64,000 nucleotides of DNA from Eledone cirrhosa (taxonomy: Eukaryota), in the NCBI GenBank assembly GCA_964016885.1, contig OZ024742.1, positions 372,558,001 to 372,622,000 of the forward strand, in the 5' to 3' direction. Both the position numbers and the translations under genes were made by a program. Under the pieces are notes generated by a model. The model searched no databases. It saw only the letters and a list, made by a program, of their open reading frames with translations, and was not told the origin of the DNA. Of the stretch, positions 13,690 to 29,900 are shown piece after piece; the stretch's first letter is position 1; each line of letters begins with the position of its first letter.

Positions 13690-16330
13690 CATTCTATATA
13701 AACTGTAAATCTCATTCTATAAACTGTAAATCTCTTTCCATATAAACTGTAAATCTCATTCTATATAAGCTGTAAATCTCATTCTATAAACTGTACATCT
13801 CTTTCTATATAAACTGTAAATCTCATTCTATATAAACTGTATATATCATTCTATAAACTGTAAATCTCATTCTATAAACTGTAAATCTCTTTCTATATAA
13901 ACTGTAAATCTAATTCTATATTAACTGTAAATCTGATTCTATAAACTGTAAATCTCTTTCTATATAAACTGTAAATCTCATTCTATATAAACTGTAAATC
14001 TCTTTCTATATAAACTGTAAATCTCATTCTATATAAACTGTAAATCTCATTCTAAAAACTGTAAATCTCTTTCTATATAAACTCTTAATCTCATTCTATA
14101 TAAACTGTAAATCTCATTCTATAAACTGTAAATCTAATTCTATATAAACTGTAAATCTCTTTCTATATAACCTGTAAATCTCTTTCTATATAACCTGTAA
14201 ATCTCTTTCTATATAAACTGTAAATCTCATGCTATAGACTGTAAATCTCATTCTATATGAACTGTAAATCTCTTTCTATATAAACTGTAAATCTCATTCT
14301 ATATAAACTGTAAATCTCATTCTATATAATCTGTAAATCTCATTCGATAAACTGTAAATCTCTTTTTATATAAACAGTAAATCTCATTCTATATAAACTG
14401 GAAATCTCATTCTATGAACTGTAAATCTCTTTCTATTTAAATTGTAAATTTCATTCTATAAAATGTAAATCTCCTTCTATATAAACTGTAAATCTCATTC
14501 TATATAAACTGTAAATCTCTTTCTATATAAACTGTAAATTTCATTCTATAAACTCTAAATCTCTTTCTATATAAACTGTAAATCTCATTCTATTTAAACT
14601 GTAAATCTCATTCTATAAACTGTAAATCTCTTTCTATATAAACTGTAAATCTCATTCTATATAAACTGAGTCTCATTCTATATAAACTGTAAATTTCTTT
14701 CTATATAAATTTTAAATCTCTTTCTATATAAACTGTAAATCCCATTCTATATAAACTGTAAATCTCATTCTATAAACTGTAAATCTCTTTCTATATAAAC
14801 TGTAAATCTCATTCTATATAAGCTGTAAATCTCATTCTATTAACTGTAAATCTCATTCTATATAAACTGTAAATCTCATTCTATATAAACTGTATATATC
14901 ATTCTATAAACTGTAAATCTCATTCTATAAACTGAAAATCTCTTTCTATATAAACTGTAAATCTCATTCTATATAAACCGTAAATCTCATTCTATATTAA
15001 CCGTAAATCTGATTCTATAAATTGTAAATCTCTTTCTATATAAACTCTTAATCACATTCTATATAAACTGTAAATCTCATTCTATAAACTGTAAATCTCA
15101 TTCTATATAAGCTGTAAATCTCATTCTATAAACTGTAAATCTATTTCTATATAAACTGTAAATCTCATTCTATATAAACTGTAAATCTCTTTCTATATAA
15201 ACTGTAAATCTCATTCTATATAAACTGTATATATCATTCTATAAACTGTAAATCTCATTCTATAAACTGTAAATCTCTTTCTATATAAACTGTAAATCTC
15301 ATTCTATATAAACTGTAAATATCATTCTATATGAACTGTAAATCTCATTCTATATAAACTGTGAATCTCATTCTATATAAACTGTAATTCTCATTATATA
15401 TTAACTGTAAATCTCATTCTATAAACTGTAAATCTCTTTCTATATAAGCTGTAAATCTCATTCTATATAAACTGTAAATCTCATTCTATAAACTGTAAAT
15501 CTCATTCTATATAGACTGTAAATCTCTTTCTATATGAACTGTAAATCTCATTCTATATAAACTGTAAATCTCATTCTATATAAACTGTGAATCTCATTCT
15601 ATATAAACTGAAATTCTCATTCTATATTAACTGTAAATCTCATTCTATAAACTGTAAGTCTCTTTCTATATAAGCTGTAAATCTCATTCTATATAAACTG
15701 TAAATCTCATTCTATAAACTGTAAATCTCATTCTATATCAACTGTAAATCTCATTCTATATAAACTGTAAATCTCATTCTATAAACTGTAAATCTCTTTC
15801 TATATAAACTGTAAATCTCATTCTATATAAACTGTAAATCTCTTTCTATATAAACTGTAAATTTCATTCTCTAAACTGTAAATCTCTTTCTATATAAACT
15901 GTAAATCTCAATCTATATAAACTGTAAATCTCTTTCTATGTAAACTGTAAGTCTCATTCTATATAAACTGTGAATCTCATTCTATATACACTGTAAATCT
16001 CTTCCTATATAAACTGTAAATCTCATTCTATATAAACTGTAAATCTCATTCTATAAACTGTAAATCTCTTTCTATATAAACTGTAAATCTCGTTCTATAT
16101 AAGCTGTAAATCTCATTCTATAAACTGTAAATCTCTTTCTACATAAACTGTAAATCTCATTCTATATAAACTGTATATATCATTCTATAAACTGTAAATC
16201 TCATTCTATAAACTGTAAATCTCTTTCTATATAAACTGTAAATCTCATTCTATATAGACTGTAAATCTCTTTCTATATGAACTGTAAATCTCATTCTATA
16301 TAAATTGTAAATCTCATTCTATAAACTGTG
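13690..16330. repeat. Third, partial copy (about 2.6 kb) of 10885-13525, offset 2782-2805
   Basis: ccat 10933/13738 (+2805), atgctatag 11447/14229 (+2782), ctctaa 13064/15869 (+2805). The offset changes equal loss or gain of exactly one 23-bp monomer. Confidence 0.8.
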
Positions 16331-18180
16331 AATCTCATTCTATATAAGCTGTAAATCTCATTCTATATAAACTGTAAATTTCATTCTATAAAATGTAAAT
16401 CTCTTTCTATATAAACTGTAAATCTCATTCTATATAAACTGTAAATCTCTTTCTATATAAACTGTAAATTTCATTCTATAAACTCTAAATCTCTTTCTAT
16501 ATAAACTGTAAATCTCATTCTATTTAAACTGTAAATCTCATTCTATAAACTGTAAATCTCTTTCTATATAAACTGTAAATCTCATTCTATATAAGCTGTA
16601 AATCTCATTCTATTAACTTTGAATCTCATTCTATATAAACTGTAAATCTCATTCTATATAAACTGTATATATCATTCTATAAACTGTAAATCTCATTCTA
16701 TAAACTGAAAATCTCTTTCTATATAAACTGTAAATCTCATTCTATATAAACCGTAAATCTCATTCTATATTAACCGTAAATCTGATTCTATAAATTGTAA
16801 ATCTCTTTCTATATAAACTCTTAATCACATTCTCTATAAACTGTAACTCTCATTCTATAAACTGTAAATCTCTTTCTATATAAACTGTAAATCTCATTCT
16901 ATATAAACTGTAAATCTCTTTCTATATAAACTGTAAATCTCATTCTATATAAACTGTATATATCATTCTATAAACTGTAAATCTCATTCTATAAACTGGA
17001 AATCTCTTTCTATATAAACTGTAAATCTCATTCTATATAAACTGTAAATATCTTTCTATATGAACTGTAAATCTCATTCTATATAAACTGTGAATCTCAT
17101 TCTATATAAACTGTAATTCTCATTCTATATTAACTGTAAATCTCATTCTATAAACTGTAAATCTCTTTCTATATAAGCTGTAAATCTCATTCTATATAAA
17201 CTGTAAATCTCATTCTATAAACTGTAAATCTCATTCTATATAGACTGTAAATCTCTTTCTATATGAACTGTAAATCTCATTCTATATAAATTGTAAATCT
17301 CATTCTATAAACTGTGAATCTCATTCTATATAAACTGTAAATCTCATTCTATATAAACTGTAAATCTCATTCTATAATAACTGTAAATCCCATTCTATAA
17401 ACTGTAAATCTCTTTCTATATAAGCTGTAAATCTCATTCTATGTAAACTGTAAATCTAATTCTATATTAACTGTAAATCTCATTCTATATAAACTGTAAA
17501 TCTCACTCTATATTAACTGTAAATCTGATTCTATGAAATGTAAATCTCTTTCTTTATAAACTCTTAATCTCATTCTATATAAACTGTAAATCTCATTCTA
17601 TAAACTGTGAATCTCATTCTATATAAGCTGTAAATCTCATTCTATAAACTGTAAATCTCATTCTATAAACTGTAAATCTATTTCTATATAAACTGTAAAT
17701 CTCATTCTATATAATCTGTATATATCATTCTATAAACTGTAAATCTCATTCTATAAACTGTAAATCTCTTTCTATATAAACTGTAAATCTCATTCTATAT
17801 AAACTGTAAATATCTTTCTATATGAACTGTAAATCTCATTCTATATAAACTGTAAATCTATTTCTATATAAACTGTAAATCTCATTCTATATAAACTGTA
17901 AATCTCATTCTATATAAACTTTAAATCTCATTCTATATAAACTGTAAATCTCTTTCTATATAAACTGTAAATCTCATTCTATATAAACTGTGAATCTCAT
18001 TCTATATAAACTGAAATTCTCATTCTATATTAACTGTAAATCTCATTCTATAAACTGTAAGTCTCTTTCTATATAAGCTGTAAATCTCATTCTATATAAA
18101 CTGTAAATCTCATTCTATAAACTGTAAATCTCATTCTATATAAACTGTAAATCTCATTCTATAAACTGTAAATCTTTTTC

Positions 18181-21100
18181 TATATAAACCGTAAATCTCA
18201 TTCTATATAATCTGTAAATCTCATTCTATAAACTGTAAATCTCATTCTATATAAACTGTAAATCTCTTTCTATATAAACTGTAAATCTCATTCTATATAA
18301 ACTGTAAATCTCATTCTATAAACTGTAAATCTCTTTCTATATAAACTGTAAATCTCATTCTATATAAGCTGTAAATCTCATTCTATAAACTGTAAATCTC
18401 TTTCTATATAAACTGTAAATCTCATTCTATATAAACTGTATATATCATTCTATAAACTGTAACTCTCAGTCTATAAACTGTAAATCTCGTTCTATATAAA
18501 CTGTAAATCTCTTTCTATATGAACTGTAAATCTCTTTCTATATAAACTGTGAATCTCATTCTATATAAGCTGTAAATCTGATTCTATGAACTGTAAATCT
18601 CTTTCTATATAAACTGTAAATCTCATTCTATATAAACTGTAAATCTCATTCTATAAACTGTAAATCTCTTTCTATATAAACTGTAAATCTCATTCTATAT
18701 AAACTGTAAATCTCTTTTTATATAAACTGTAAATTTCATTCTATAAACTGTAAATCTCTTTCTATATAAATTGTAAATCTCATTCTATAAACTGTGAATC
18801 TCATTCTATATAAACTGTAAATCTCATTCTATAAACTGTAAATCTCATTCTATGAACTGTAAATCTCATTCTATAAACTGTAAATCTCTTTCTATATAAA
18901 CTGTAAATCTCATTCTATATAAACTGTAAATCTCTTTCTATATAAACTGTAAATCTCATTCTATATAAACTGTGAATCTCATTCTATAAGCTGTAAATCT
19001 CTTTCTATATAAACTGTAAATCTCATTCTATATACACTGTAAATCTCTTTCTATATAAACTGTAAATCTCATTCTATATAAACTGTAAATCTCATTCTAT
19101 AAACTGTAAATCTCTTTCCATATAAACTGTAAATCTCATTCTATATAAACTGTAAATCTCATTCTATAAACTGTAAATCTCTTTCTATATAAACTCTTAA
19201 TCTCATTCTATATAAACTGTAAATCTCATTCTATAAACTGTAAATCTAATTCTATATAAACTGTAAATCTCTTTCTATATAACCTGTAAATCTCTTTCTA
19301 TATAACCTGTAAATCTCTTTCTATATAAACTGTAAATCTCATGCTATAGACTGTAAATCTCATTCTATATGAACTGTAAATCTCTTTCTATATAAACTGT
19401 AAATCTCATTCTATATAAACTGTAAATCTCATTCTATATAATCTGTAAATCTCATTCGATAAACTGTAAATCTCTTTTTATATAAACAGTAAATCTCATT
19501 CTATATGAACTGGAAATCTCATTCTATGAACTGTAAATCTCTTTCTATATAAACTGTAAATTTCATTCTATAAACTGTAAATCTCTTTCTATATAAACTG
19601 TAAATCTCATTCTATATAAACTGTAAATCTCTTTCTATATAAACTGTAAATTTCATTCTATAAACTCTAAATCTCTTTCTATATAAACTGTAAATCTCAT
19701 TCTATTTAAACTGTAAATCTCTTTCTATATAAACTGTAAATCTCATTCTATATAAACTGAATCTCATTCTATATAAACTGTAAATTTCTTTCTATATAAA
19801 CTTTAAATCTCATTCTATATAAACTGTAAATCCCATTCTATATAAACTGTAAATCTCATTCTATAAACTGTAAATCTATTTCTATATAAACTGTAAATCT
19901 CATTCTATATAATCTGTATATATCATTCTATAAACTGTAACTCTCATTCTATAAACTGTAAATCTCTTTCTATATAAACTGTAAATCTCATTCTATATAA
20001 ACTGTAAATCTCTTTCTATATAAACTGTAAATCTCATTCTATATAAACTGTATATATCATTCTATAAACTGTAAATCTCATACTATAAACTGTAAATCTC
20101 TTTCTATATAAACTGTAAATCTCATTCTATATAAACTGTAAATATCTTTCTATATGAACTGTAAATCTCATTCTATATAAACTGTGAATCTCATTCTATA
20201 TAAACTGTAATTCTCATTCTATATTAACTGTAAATCTCATTCTATAAACTGTAAATCTCTTTCTATATAAGCTGTAAATCTCATTCTATATAAACTGTAA
20301 ATCTCATTCTATAAACTGTAAATCTCATTCTATATAAACTGTAAATCTCATTCTATAAACTGTAAATCTCTTTCTATATAAACTGTAAATCTCATTCTAT
20401 ATAATCTGTAAATCTCATTCTATAAACTGTAAATCTCATTCTATATAAACTGTAAATCTCTTTCTATATAAACTGTAAATCTCATTCTATATAAACTGTA
20501 AATCTCATTTTTATAAACTGTAAATCTCTTTCTATATAAACTGTAAATCTCATTCTATATAAGCTGTAAATCTCATTCTATAAACTGTAAATCTCTTTCT
20601 ATATAAACTGTAAATCTCATTCTATATAAACTGTATATATCATTCTATAAACTGTAACTCTCAGTCTATAAACTGTAAATCTTGTTCTATATAAACTGTA
20701 AATCTCTTTCTATATGAACTATAAATCTCTTTCTATATAAACTCTGAATCTCATTCTATATAAGCTGTAAATCTCATTCTATGAACTGTAAATCTCTTTC
20801 TATATAAACTGTAAATCTCATTCTATATAAGCTGTAAATCTCATTCTATAAACTGTAAATCTCTTTCTATATAAACTGTAAATCTCATTCTATATAAACT
20901 GTAAATCTCTTTTTATATAAACTGTAAATTTCATTCTATAAACTGTAAATCTCTTTCTATATAAATTGTAAATCTCATTCTATAAACTGTGAATCTCATT
21001 CTATATAAACTGTAAATCTCATTCTATAAACTGTAAATCTCATTCTATGAACTGTAAATCTCTTTCTACATAAACTGTAAATCTCATTCTATATAAACTG

Positions 21101-24045
21101 TAAATCTCTTTCTATATAAACCGTAAATCTCATTCTATATAATCTGTAAATCTCATTCTATAAACTGTAAATCTCATTCTATATAAACTGTAAATCTCTT
21201 TCTATATAAACTGTAAATCTCATTCTATATAAACTGTAAATCTCATTCTATAAACTGTAAATCTCTTTCTATATAAACTGTAAATCTCATTCTATATAAG
21301 CTGTAAATCTCATTCTATAAACTGTAAATCTCTTTCTATATAAACTGTAAATCTCATTCTATATAAACTGTATATATCATTCTATAAACTGTAACTCTCA
21401 GTCTATAAACTGTAAATCTCGTTCTATATAAACTGTAAATCTCTTTCTATATGAACTGTAAATCTCTTTCTATATAAACTGTGAATCTCATTCTATATAA
21501 GCTGTAAATCTGATTCTATGAACTGTAAATCTCTTTCTATATAAACTGTAAATCTCATTCTATATAAACTGTAAATCTCATTCTATAAACTGTAAATCTC
21601 TTTCTATATAAACTGTAAATCTCATTCTATATAAACTGTAAATCTCTTTTTATATAAACTGTAAATTTCATTCTATAAACTGTAAATCTCTTTCTATATA
21701 AATTGTAAATCTCATTCTATAAACTGTGAATCTCATTCTATATAAACTGTAAATCTCATTCTATAAACTGTAAATCTCATTCTATGAACTGTAAATCTCA
21801 TTCTATAAACTGTAAATCTCTTTCTATATAAACTGTAAATCTCATTCTATATAAACTGTAAATCTCTTTCTATATAAACTGTAAATCTCATTCTATATAA
21901 ACTGTGAATCTCATTCTATAAGCTGTAAATCTCTTTCTATATAAACTGTAAATCTCATTCTATATACACTGTAAATCTCTTTCTATATAAACTGTAAATC
22001 TCATTCTATATAAACTGTAAATCTCATTCTATAAACTGTAAATCTCTTTCCATATAAACTGTAAATCTCATTCTATATAAACTGTAAATCTCATTCTATA
22101 AACTGTAAATCTCTTTCTATATAAACTCTTAATCTCATTCTATATAAACTGTAAATCTCATTCTATAAACTGTAAATCTAATTCTATATAAACTGTAAAT
22201 CTCTTTCTATATAACCTGTAAATCTCTTTCTATATAACCTGTAAATCTCTTTCTATATAAACTGTAAATCTCATGCTATAGACTGTAAATCTCATTCTAT
22301 ATGAACTGTAAATCTCTTTCTATATAAACTGTAAATCTCATTCTATATAAACTGTAAATCTCATTCTATATAATCTGTAAATCTCATTCGATAAACTGTA
22401 AATCTCTTTTTATATAAACAGTAAATCTCATTCTATATGAACTGGAAATCTCATTCTATGAACTGTAAATCTCTTTCTATATAAACTGTAAATTTCATTC
22501 TATAAACTGTAAATCTCTTTCTATATAAACTGTAAATCTCATTCTATATAAACTGTAAATCTCTTTCTATATAAACTGTAAATTTCATTCTATAAACTCT
22601 AAATCTCTTTCTATATAAACTGTAAATCTCATTCTATTTAAACTGTAAATCTCTTTCTATATAAACTGTAAATCTCATTCTATATAAACTGAATCTCATT
22701 CTATATAAACTGTAAATTTCTTTCTATATAAACTTTAAATCTCATTCTATATAAACTGTAAATCCCATTCTATATAAACTGTAAATCTCATTCTATAAAC
22801 TGTAAATCTATTTCTATATAAACTGTAAATCTCATTCTATATAATCTGTATATATCATTCTATAAACTGTAACTCTCATTCTATAAACTGTAAATCTCTT
22901 TCTATATAAACTGTAAATCTCATTCTATATAAACTGTAAATCTCTTTCTATATAAACTGTAAATCTCATTCTATATAAACTGTATATATCATTCTATAAA
23001 CTGTAAATCTCATACTATAAACTGTAAATCTCTTTCTATATAAACTGTAAATCTCATTCTATATAAACTGTAAATATCTTTCTATATGAACTGTAAATCT
23101 CATTCTATATAAACTGTGAATCTCATTCTATATAAACTGTAATTCTCATTCTATATTAACTGTAAATCTCATTCTATAAACTGTAAATCTCTTTCTATAT
23201 AAGCTGTAAATCTCATTCTATATAAACTGTAAATCTCATTCTATAAACTGTAAATCTCATTCTATATAAACTGTAAATCTCATTCTATAAACTGTAAATC
23301 TCTTTCTATATAAACTGTAAATCTCATTCTATATAATCTGTAAATCTCATTCTATAAACTGTAAATCTCATTCTATATAAACTGTAAATCTCTTTCTATA
23401 TAAACTGTAAATCTCATTCTATATAAACTGTAAATCTCATTTTTATAAACTGTAAATCTCTTTCTATATAAACTGTAAATCTCATTCTATATAAGCTGTA
23501 AATCTCATTCTATAAACTGTAAATCTCTTTCTATATAAACTGTAAATCTCATTCTATATAAACTGTATATATCATTCTATAAACTGTAACTCTCAGTCTA
23601 TAAACTGTAAATCTTGTTCTATATAAACTGTAAATCTCTTTCTATATGAACTATAAATCTCTTTCTATATAAACTCTGAATCTCATTCTATATAAGCTGT
23701 AAATCTCATTCTATGAACTGTAAATCTCTTTCTATATAAACTGTAAATCTCATTCTATATAAGCTGTAAATCTCATTCTATAAACTGTAAATCTCTTTCT
23801 ATATAAACTGTAAATCTCATTCTATATAAACTGTAAATCTCTTTTTATATAAACTGTAAATTTCATTCTATAAACTGTAAATCTCTTTCTATATAAATTG
23901 TAAATCTCATTCTATAAACTGTGAATCTCATTCTATATAAACTGTAAATCTCATTCTATAAACTGTAAATCTCATTCTATGAACTGTAAATCTCTTTCTA
24001 CATAAACTGTAAATCTCATTCTATATAAACTGTAAATCTCTTTCT
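18181..24045. repeat. 2932-bp near-perfect tandem duplication
   Basis: ccgta 18189/21121, atgctatag 19341/22273, tact 20081/23013 and the C of ctacat 21069/24001 are all +2932. A further partial copy lies at about 25640-26860 (tact 26037, +3024). Confidence 0.9.
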
Positions 24046-26499
24046 ATATAAACTGTAAATCTCATTCTATATAAACTGTGAATCTCATTCTATAAGCTGT
24101 AAATCTCTTTCTATATAAACTGTAAATCTCATTCTATATACACTGTAAATCTCTTTCTATATAAACTGTAAATCTCATTCTATATAAACTGTAAATCTCA
24201 TTCTATAAACTGTAAATCTCTTTCCATATAAACTGTAAATCTCATTCTATATAAGCTGTAAATCTCATTCTATAAACTGTACATCTCTTTCTATATAAAC
24301 TGTAAATCTCATTCTATATAAACTGTATATATCATTCTATAAACTGTAAATCTCATTCTATAAACTGTAAATCTCTTTCTATATGAACTATTAATCTCAT
24401 CCTATACAAACTGTAAATCTAATTCTATATTAACTGTAAATCTGATTCTATAAACTGTAAATCTCTTTCTATATAAACTGTAAATCTCATTCTATATAAA
24501 CTGTAAATCTCTTTCTATATAAACTGTAAATCTCATTCTATAAACTGTAAATCTCTTTCTATATAAACTCTTAATCTCATTCTATATAAACTGTAAATCT
24601 CTTTCTATATAAACTGTATATATCATTCTATAAACTGTAAATCTCATTCTATAAACTGTAAATCTCTTTCTATATGAACTATTAATCTCATCCTATACAA
24701 ACTGTAAATCTAATTCTATATTAACTGTAAATCTGATTCTATAAACTGTAAATCTCTTTCTATATAAACTGTAAATCTCTTTCTATATAATTTGTAAATC
24801 TCATTCTATATAAACTGTAAATCTCATTCTATAAACTGTAAATCTCTTTCTATATAAACTCTTAATCTCATTCTATATAAACTGTAAATCTCATTCTATA
24901 AACTGTAAATCTAATTCTATATAAACTGTAAATCTCTTTCTATATAACCTGTAAATCTCTTTCTATATAACCTGTAAATCTCTTTCTATATAAACTGTAA
25001 ATCTCATGCTATAGACTGTAAATCTCATTCTATATGAACTGTAAATCTCTTTCTATATAAACTGTAAATCTCATTCTATATAAACTGTAAATCTCATTCT
25101 ATATAATCTGTAAATCTCATTCGATAAACTGTAAATCTCTTTTTATATAAACAGTAAATCTCATTCTATATAAACTGGAAATCTCATTCTATGAACTGGA
25201 AATCTCTTTCTATATAAACTGTAAATCTCATTCTATATAAAATGTAAATATCATTCTATAAACTGTAAATCTCTTTCTATATAAACTGTAAATCTCATTC
25301 TATATAAACTGTAAATCTCTTTCTATATAAACTGTAAATTTCATTCTATAAACTCTTAATCTCTTTCTATATAAACTGTAAATCTCATTCTATTTAAACT
25401 GTAAATCTCTTTCTATATAAACTGTAAATCTCATTCTATATAATCTGTATATATCATTCTATAAGCTGTAACTCTCATTCTATAAACTGTAAATCTCTTT
25501 CTATATAAACTGTAAATCTCATTCTATATAAACTGTAAATCTCCTTCTATATAAACTGTAAACCTCATTCTATATAAACTGTATATATCATTCTATAAAC
25601 TGTAAATCTCATTCTATAAACTGTAAATCTCTTTCTATATAAACTGTAAATCTCATTCTATTTAAACTGTAAATCTCTTTCTATATAAACTGTAAATCTC
25701 ATTCTATATAAACTGAATCTCATTCTATATAAACTGTAAATTTCTTTCTATATAAACTTTAAATCTCATTCTATATAAACTGTAAATCCCATTCTATATA
25801 AACTGTAAATCTCATTCTATAAACTGTAAATCTATTTCTATATAAACTGTAAATCTCATTCTATATAATCTGTATATATCATTCTATAAACTGTAACTCT
25901 CATTCTATAAACTGTAAATCTCTTTCTATATAAACTGTAAATCTCATTCTATATAAACTGTAAATCTCTTTCTATATAAACTGTAAATCTCATTCTATAT
26001 AAACTGTATATATCATTCTATAAACTGTAAATCTCATACTATAAACTGTAAATCTCTTTCTATATAAACTGTAAATCTCATTCTATATAAACTGTAAATA
26101 TCTTTCTATATGAACTGTAAATCTCATTCTATATAAACTGTGAATCTCATTCTATATAAACTGTAATTCTCATTCTATATTAACTGTAAATCTCATTCTA
26201 TAAACTGTAAATCTCTTTCTATATAAGCTGTAAATCTCATTCTATATAAACTGTAAATCTCATTCTATAAACTGTAAATCTCATTCTATATAAACTGTAA
26301 ATCTCATTCTATAAACTGTAAATCTCTTTCTATATAAACTGTAAATCTCATTCTATATAATCTGTAAATCTCATTCTATAAACTGTAAATCTCATTCTAT
26401 ATAAACTGTAAATCTCTTTCTATATAAACTGTAAATCTCATTCTATATAAACTGTAAATCTCATTTTTATAAACTGTAAATCTCTTTCTATATAAACTG

Positions 26500-29400
26500 T
26501 AAATCTCATTCTATATAAGCTGTAAATCTCATTCTATAAACTGTAAATCTCTTTCTATATAAACTGTAAATCTCATTCTATATAAACTGTATATATCATT
26601 CTATAAACTGTAACTCTCAGTCTATAAACTGTAAATCTTGTTCTATATAAACTGTAAATCTCTTTCTATATGAACTATAAATCTCTTTCTATATAAACTC
26701 TGAATCTCATTCTATATAAGCTGTAAATCTCATTCTATGAACTGTAAATCTCTTTCTATATAAACTGTAAATCTCATTCTATATAAGCTGTAAATCTCAT
26801 TCTATAAACTGTAAATCTCTTTCTATATAAACTGTAAATCTCATTCTATATAAACTGTAAATCTCTTTGTATATAAACTGTAAATTTCATTCTATAAACT
26901 GTAAATCTCTTTCTATATAAACTGTAAATCTCATTCTATATAAACTGTAAATCTCTTTCTATATAAACTGTAAATCTCATTCTATATAAACTGTGAATCT
27001 CATTCTATAAACTGTAAATCTCTTTCTATATAAACTGTAAATATCATTCTATATACACTGTCAATCTCTTTCTATATAAACTGTAAATCTCATTCTATAT
27101 AAACTGTAAATCTCATTCTGTAAACTGTAAATCTCTTTCTATATAAACTGTAAATCTCGTTCTATATAAGCTGTAAATCTCATTCTATAAACTGTAAATC
27201 TCTTTCTATATAAACTGTAAATCCCATTCTATATAAACTGTAAATCTCATTCTATAAACTGTAAATCACATTCTATAAACTGTAAATCTCGTTCTATATA
27301 AACTGGAAATCTCTTTCTATATGAACTGTAAATCTCTTTCTATATAAACTCTGAATCTCATTCTATATAAGCTGTAAATCACATTCTATGAACTGTAAAT
27401 CTCTTTCTATATAAACTGTAAATCTCATTCTATATAAACTGTAAATCTCATTCTATAAACTGTAAATCTCTTTCTATATAAACTGTAAATCTCATTCTAT
27501 ATAAACTGTAAATCTCTTTTTATATAAACTGTAAATTTCATTCTATAAACTGTAAATCTCTTTCTATATAAATTGTAAATCTCATTCTATAAACTGTGAA
27601 TCTCATTCTATATAAACTGTAAATCTCATTCTATAAACTGTAAATCTCATTCTATGAACTGTAAATCTCTTTCTACATAAACTGTAAATCTCATTCTATA
27701 TAAACTGTAAATCTCTTTCTATATAAACTGTAAATCTCATTCTATATAAACTGTGAATCTCATTCTATAAGCTGTAAATCTCTTTCTATATAAACTGTAA
27801 ATCTCATTCTATATACACTGTAAATCTCTTTCTATATAAACTGTAAATCTCATTCTATATAAACTGTAAATCTCATTCTATAAACTGTAAATCTCTTTCC
27901 ATATAAACTGTAAATCTCATTCTATATAAGCTGTAAATCTCATTCTATAAACTGTACATCTCTTTCTATATAAACTGTAAATCTCATTCTATATAAACTG
28001 TATATATCATTCTATAAACTGTAAATCTCATTCTATAAACTGGAAATCTCTTTCTATATGAACTATTAATCTCATCCTATACAAACTGTAAATCTAATTC
28101 TATATTAACTGTAAATCTGATTCTATAAACTGTAAATCTCTTTCTATATAAACTGTAAATCTCATTCTATATAAACTGTAAATCTCTTTCTATATAAACT
28201 GTAAATCTCATTCTATATAAGCTGTAAATCTCATTCTATAAACTGTAAATCTCTTTCTATATAAACTGTAAATCTCATTCTATATAAACTGTATATATCA
28301 TTCTATAAACTGTAACTCTCAGTCTATAAACTGTAAATCTTGTTCTATATAAACTGTAAATCTCTTTCTATATGAACTATAAATCTCTTTCTATATAAAC
28401 TCTGAATCTCATTCTATATAAGCTGTAAATCTCATTCTATGAACTGTAAATCTCTTTCTATATAAACTGTAAATGTCATTCTATATAAGCTGTAAATCTC
28501 ATTCTATAAACTGTAAATCTCTTTCTATATAAACTGTAAATCTCATTCTATATAAATTGTAAATCTCTTTGTATATAAACTGTAAATTTCATTCTATAAA
28601 CTGTAAATCTCTTTCTATATAAACTGTAAATCTCATTCTATATAAACTGTAAATCTCTTTCTATATAAACTGTAAATCTCATTCTATATAAACTGTGAAT
28701 CTCATTCTATAAACTGTAAATCTCTTTCTATATAAACTGTAAATATCATTCTATATACACTGTCAATCTCTTTCTATATAAACTGTAAATCTCATTCTAT
28801 ATAAACTGTAAATCTCATTCTGTAAACTGTAAATCTCTTTCTATATAAACTGTAAATCTCGTTCTATATAAGCTGTAAATCTCATTCTATAAACTGTAAA
28901 TCTCTTTCTATATAAACTGTAAATCCCATTCTATATAAACTGTAAATCTCATTCTATAAACTGTAAATCACATTCTATAAACTGTAAATCTCGTTCTATA
29001 TAAACTGGAAATCTCTTTCTATATGAACTGTAAATCTCTTTCTATATAAACTCTGAATCTCATTCTATATAAGCTGTAAATCACATTCTATGAACTGTAA
29101 ATCTCTTTCTATATAAACTGTAAATCTCATTCTATATAAACTGTAAATCTCATTCTATAAACTGTAAATCTCTTTCTATATAAACTGTAAATCTCATTCT
29201 ATATAAACTGTAAATCTCTTTTTATATAAACTGTAAATTTCATTCTATAAACTGTAAATCTCTTTCTATATAAATTGTAAATCTCATTCTATAAACTGTG
29301 AATCTCATTCTATATAAACTGTAAATCTCATTCTATAAACTGTAAATCTCATTCTATGAACTGTAAATCTCTTTCTACATAAACTGTAAATCTCATTCTA

Positions 29401-29900
29401 TATAAACTGTAAATCTCTTTCTATATAAACTGTAAATCTCATTCTATATAAACTGTGAATCTCATTCTATAAGCTGTAAATCTCTTTCTATATAAACTGT
29501 AAATCTCATTCTATATACACTGTAAATCTCTTTCTATATAAACTGTAAATCTCATTCTATATAAACTGTAAATCTCATTCTATAAACTGTAAATCTCTTT
29601 CCATATAAACTGTAAATCTCATTCTATATAAGCTGTAAATCTCATTCTATAAACTGTACATCTCTTTCTATATAAACTGTAAATCTCATTCTATATAAAC
29701 TGTATATATCATTCTATAAACTGTAAATCTCATTCTATAAACTGTAAATCTCTTTCTATATGAACTATTAATCTCATCCTATACAAACTGTAAATCTAAT
29801 TCTATATTAACTGTAAATCTGATTCTATAAACTGTAAATCTCTTTCTATATAAACTGTAAATCTCATTCTATATAAACTGTAAATCTCTTTCTATATAAA
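26500..29900. repeat. 1702-bp tandem duplication
   Basis: The G of tttgta 26869/28571, tgtaca 27953/29655 and cctatac 28076/29778 are all +1702. Confidence 0.88.
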
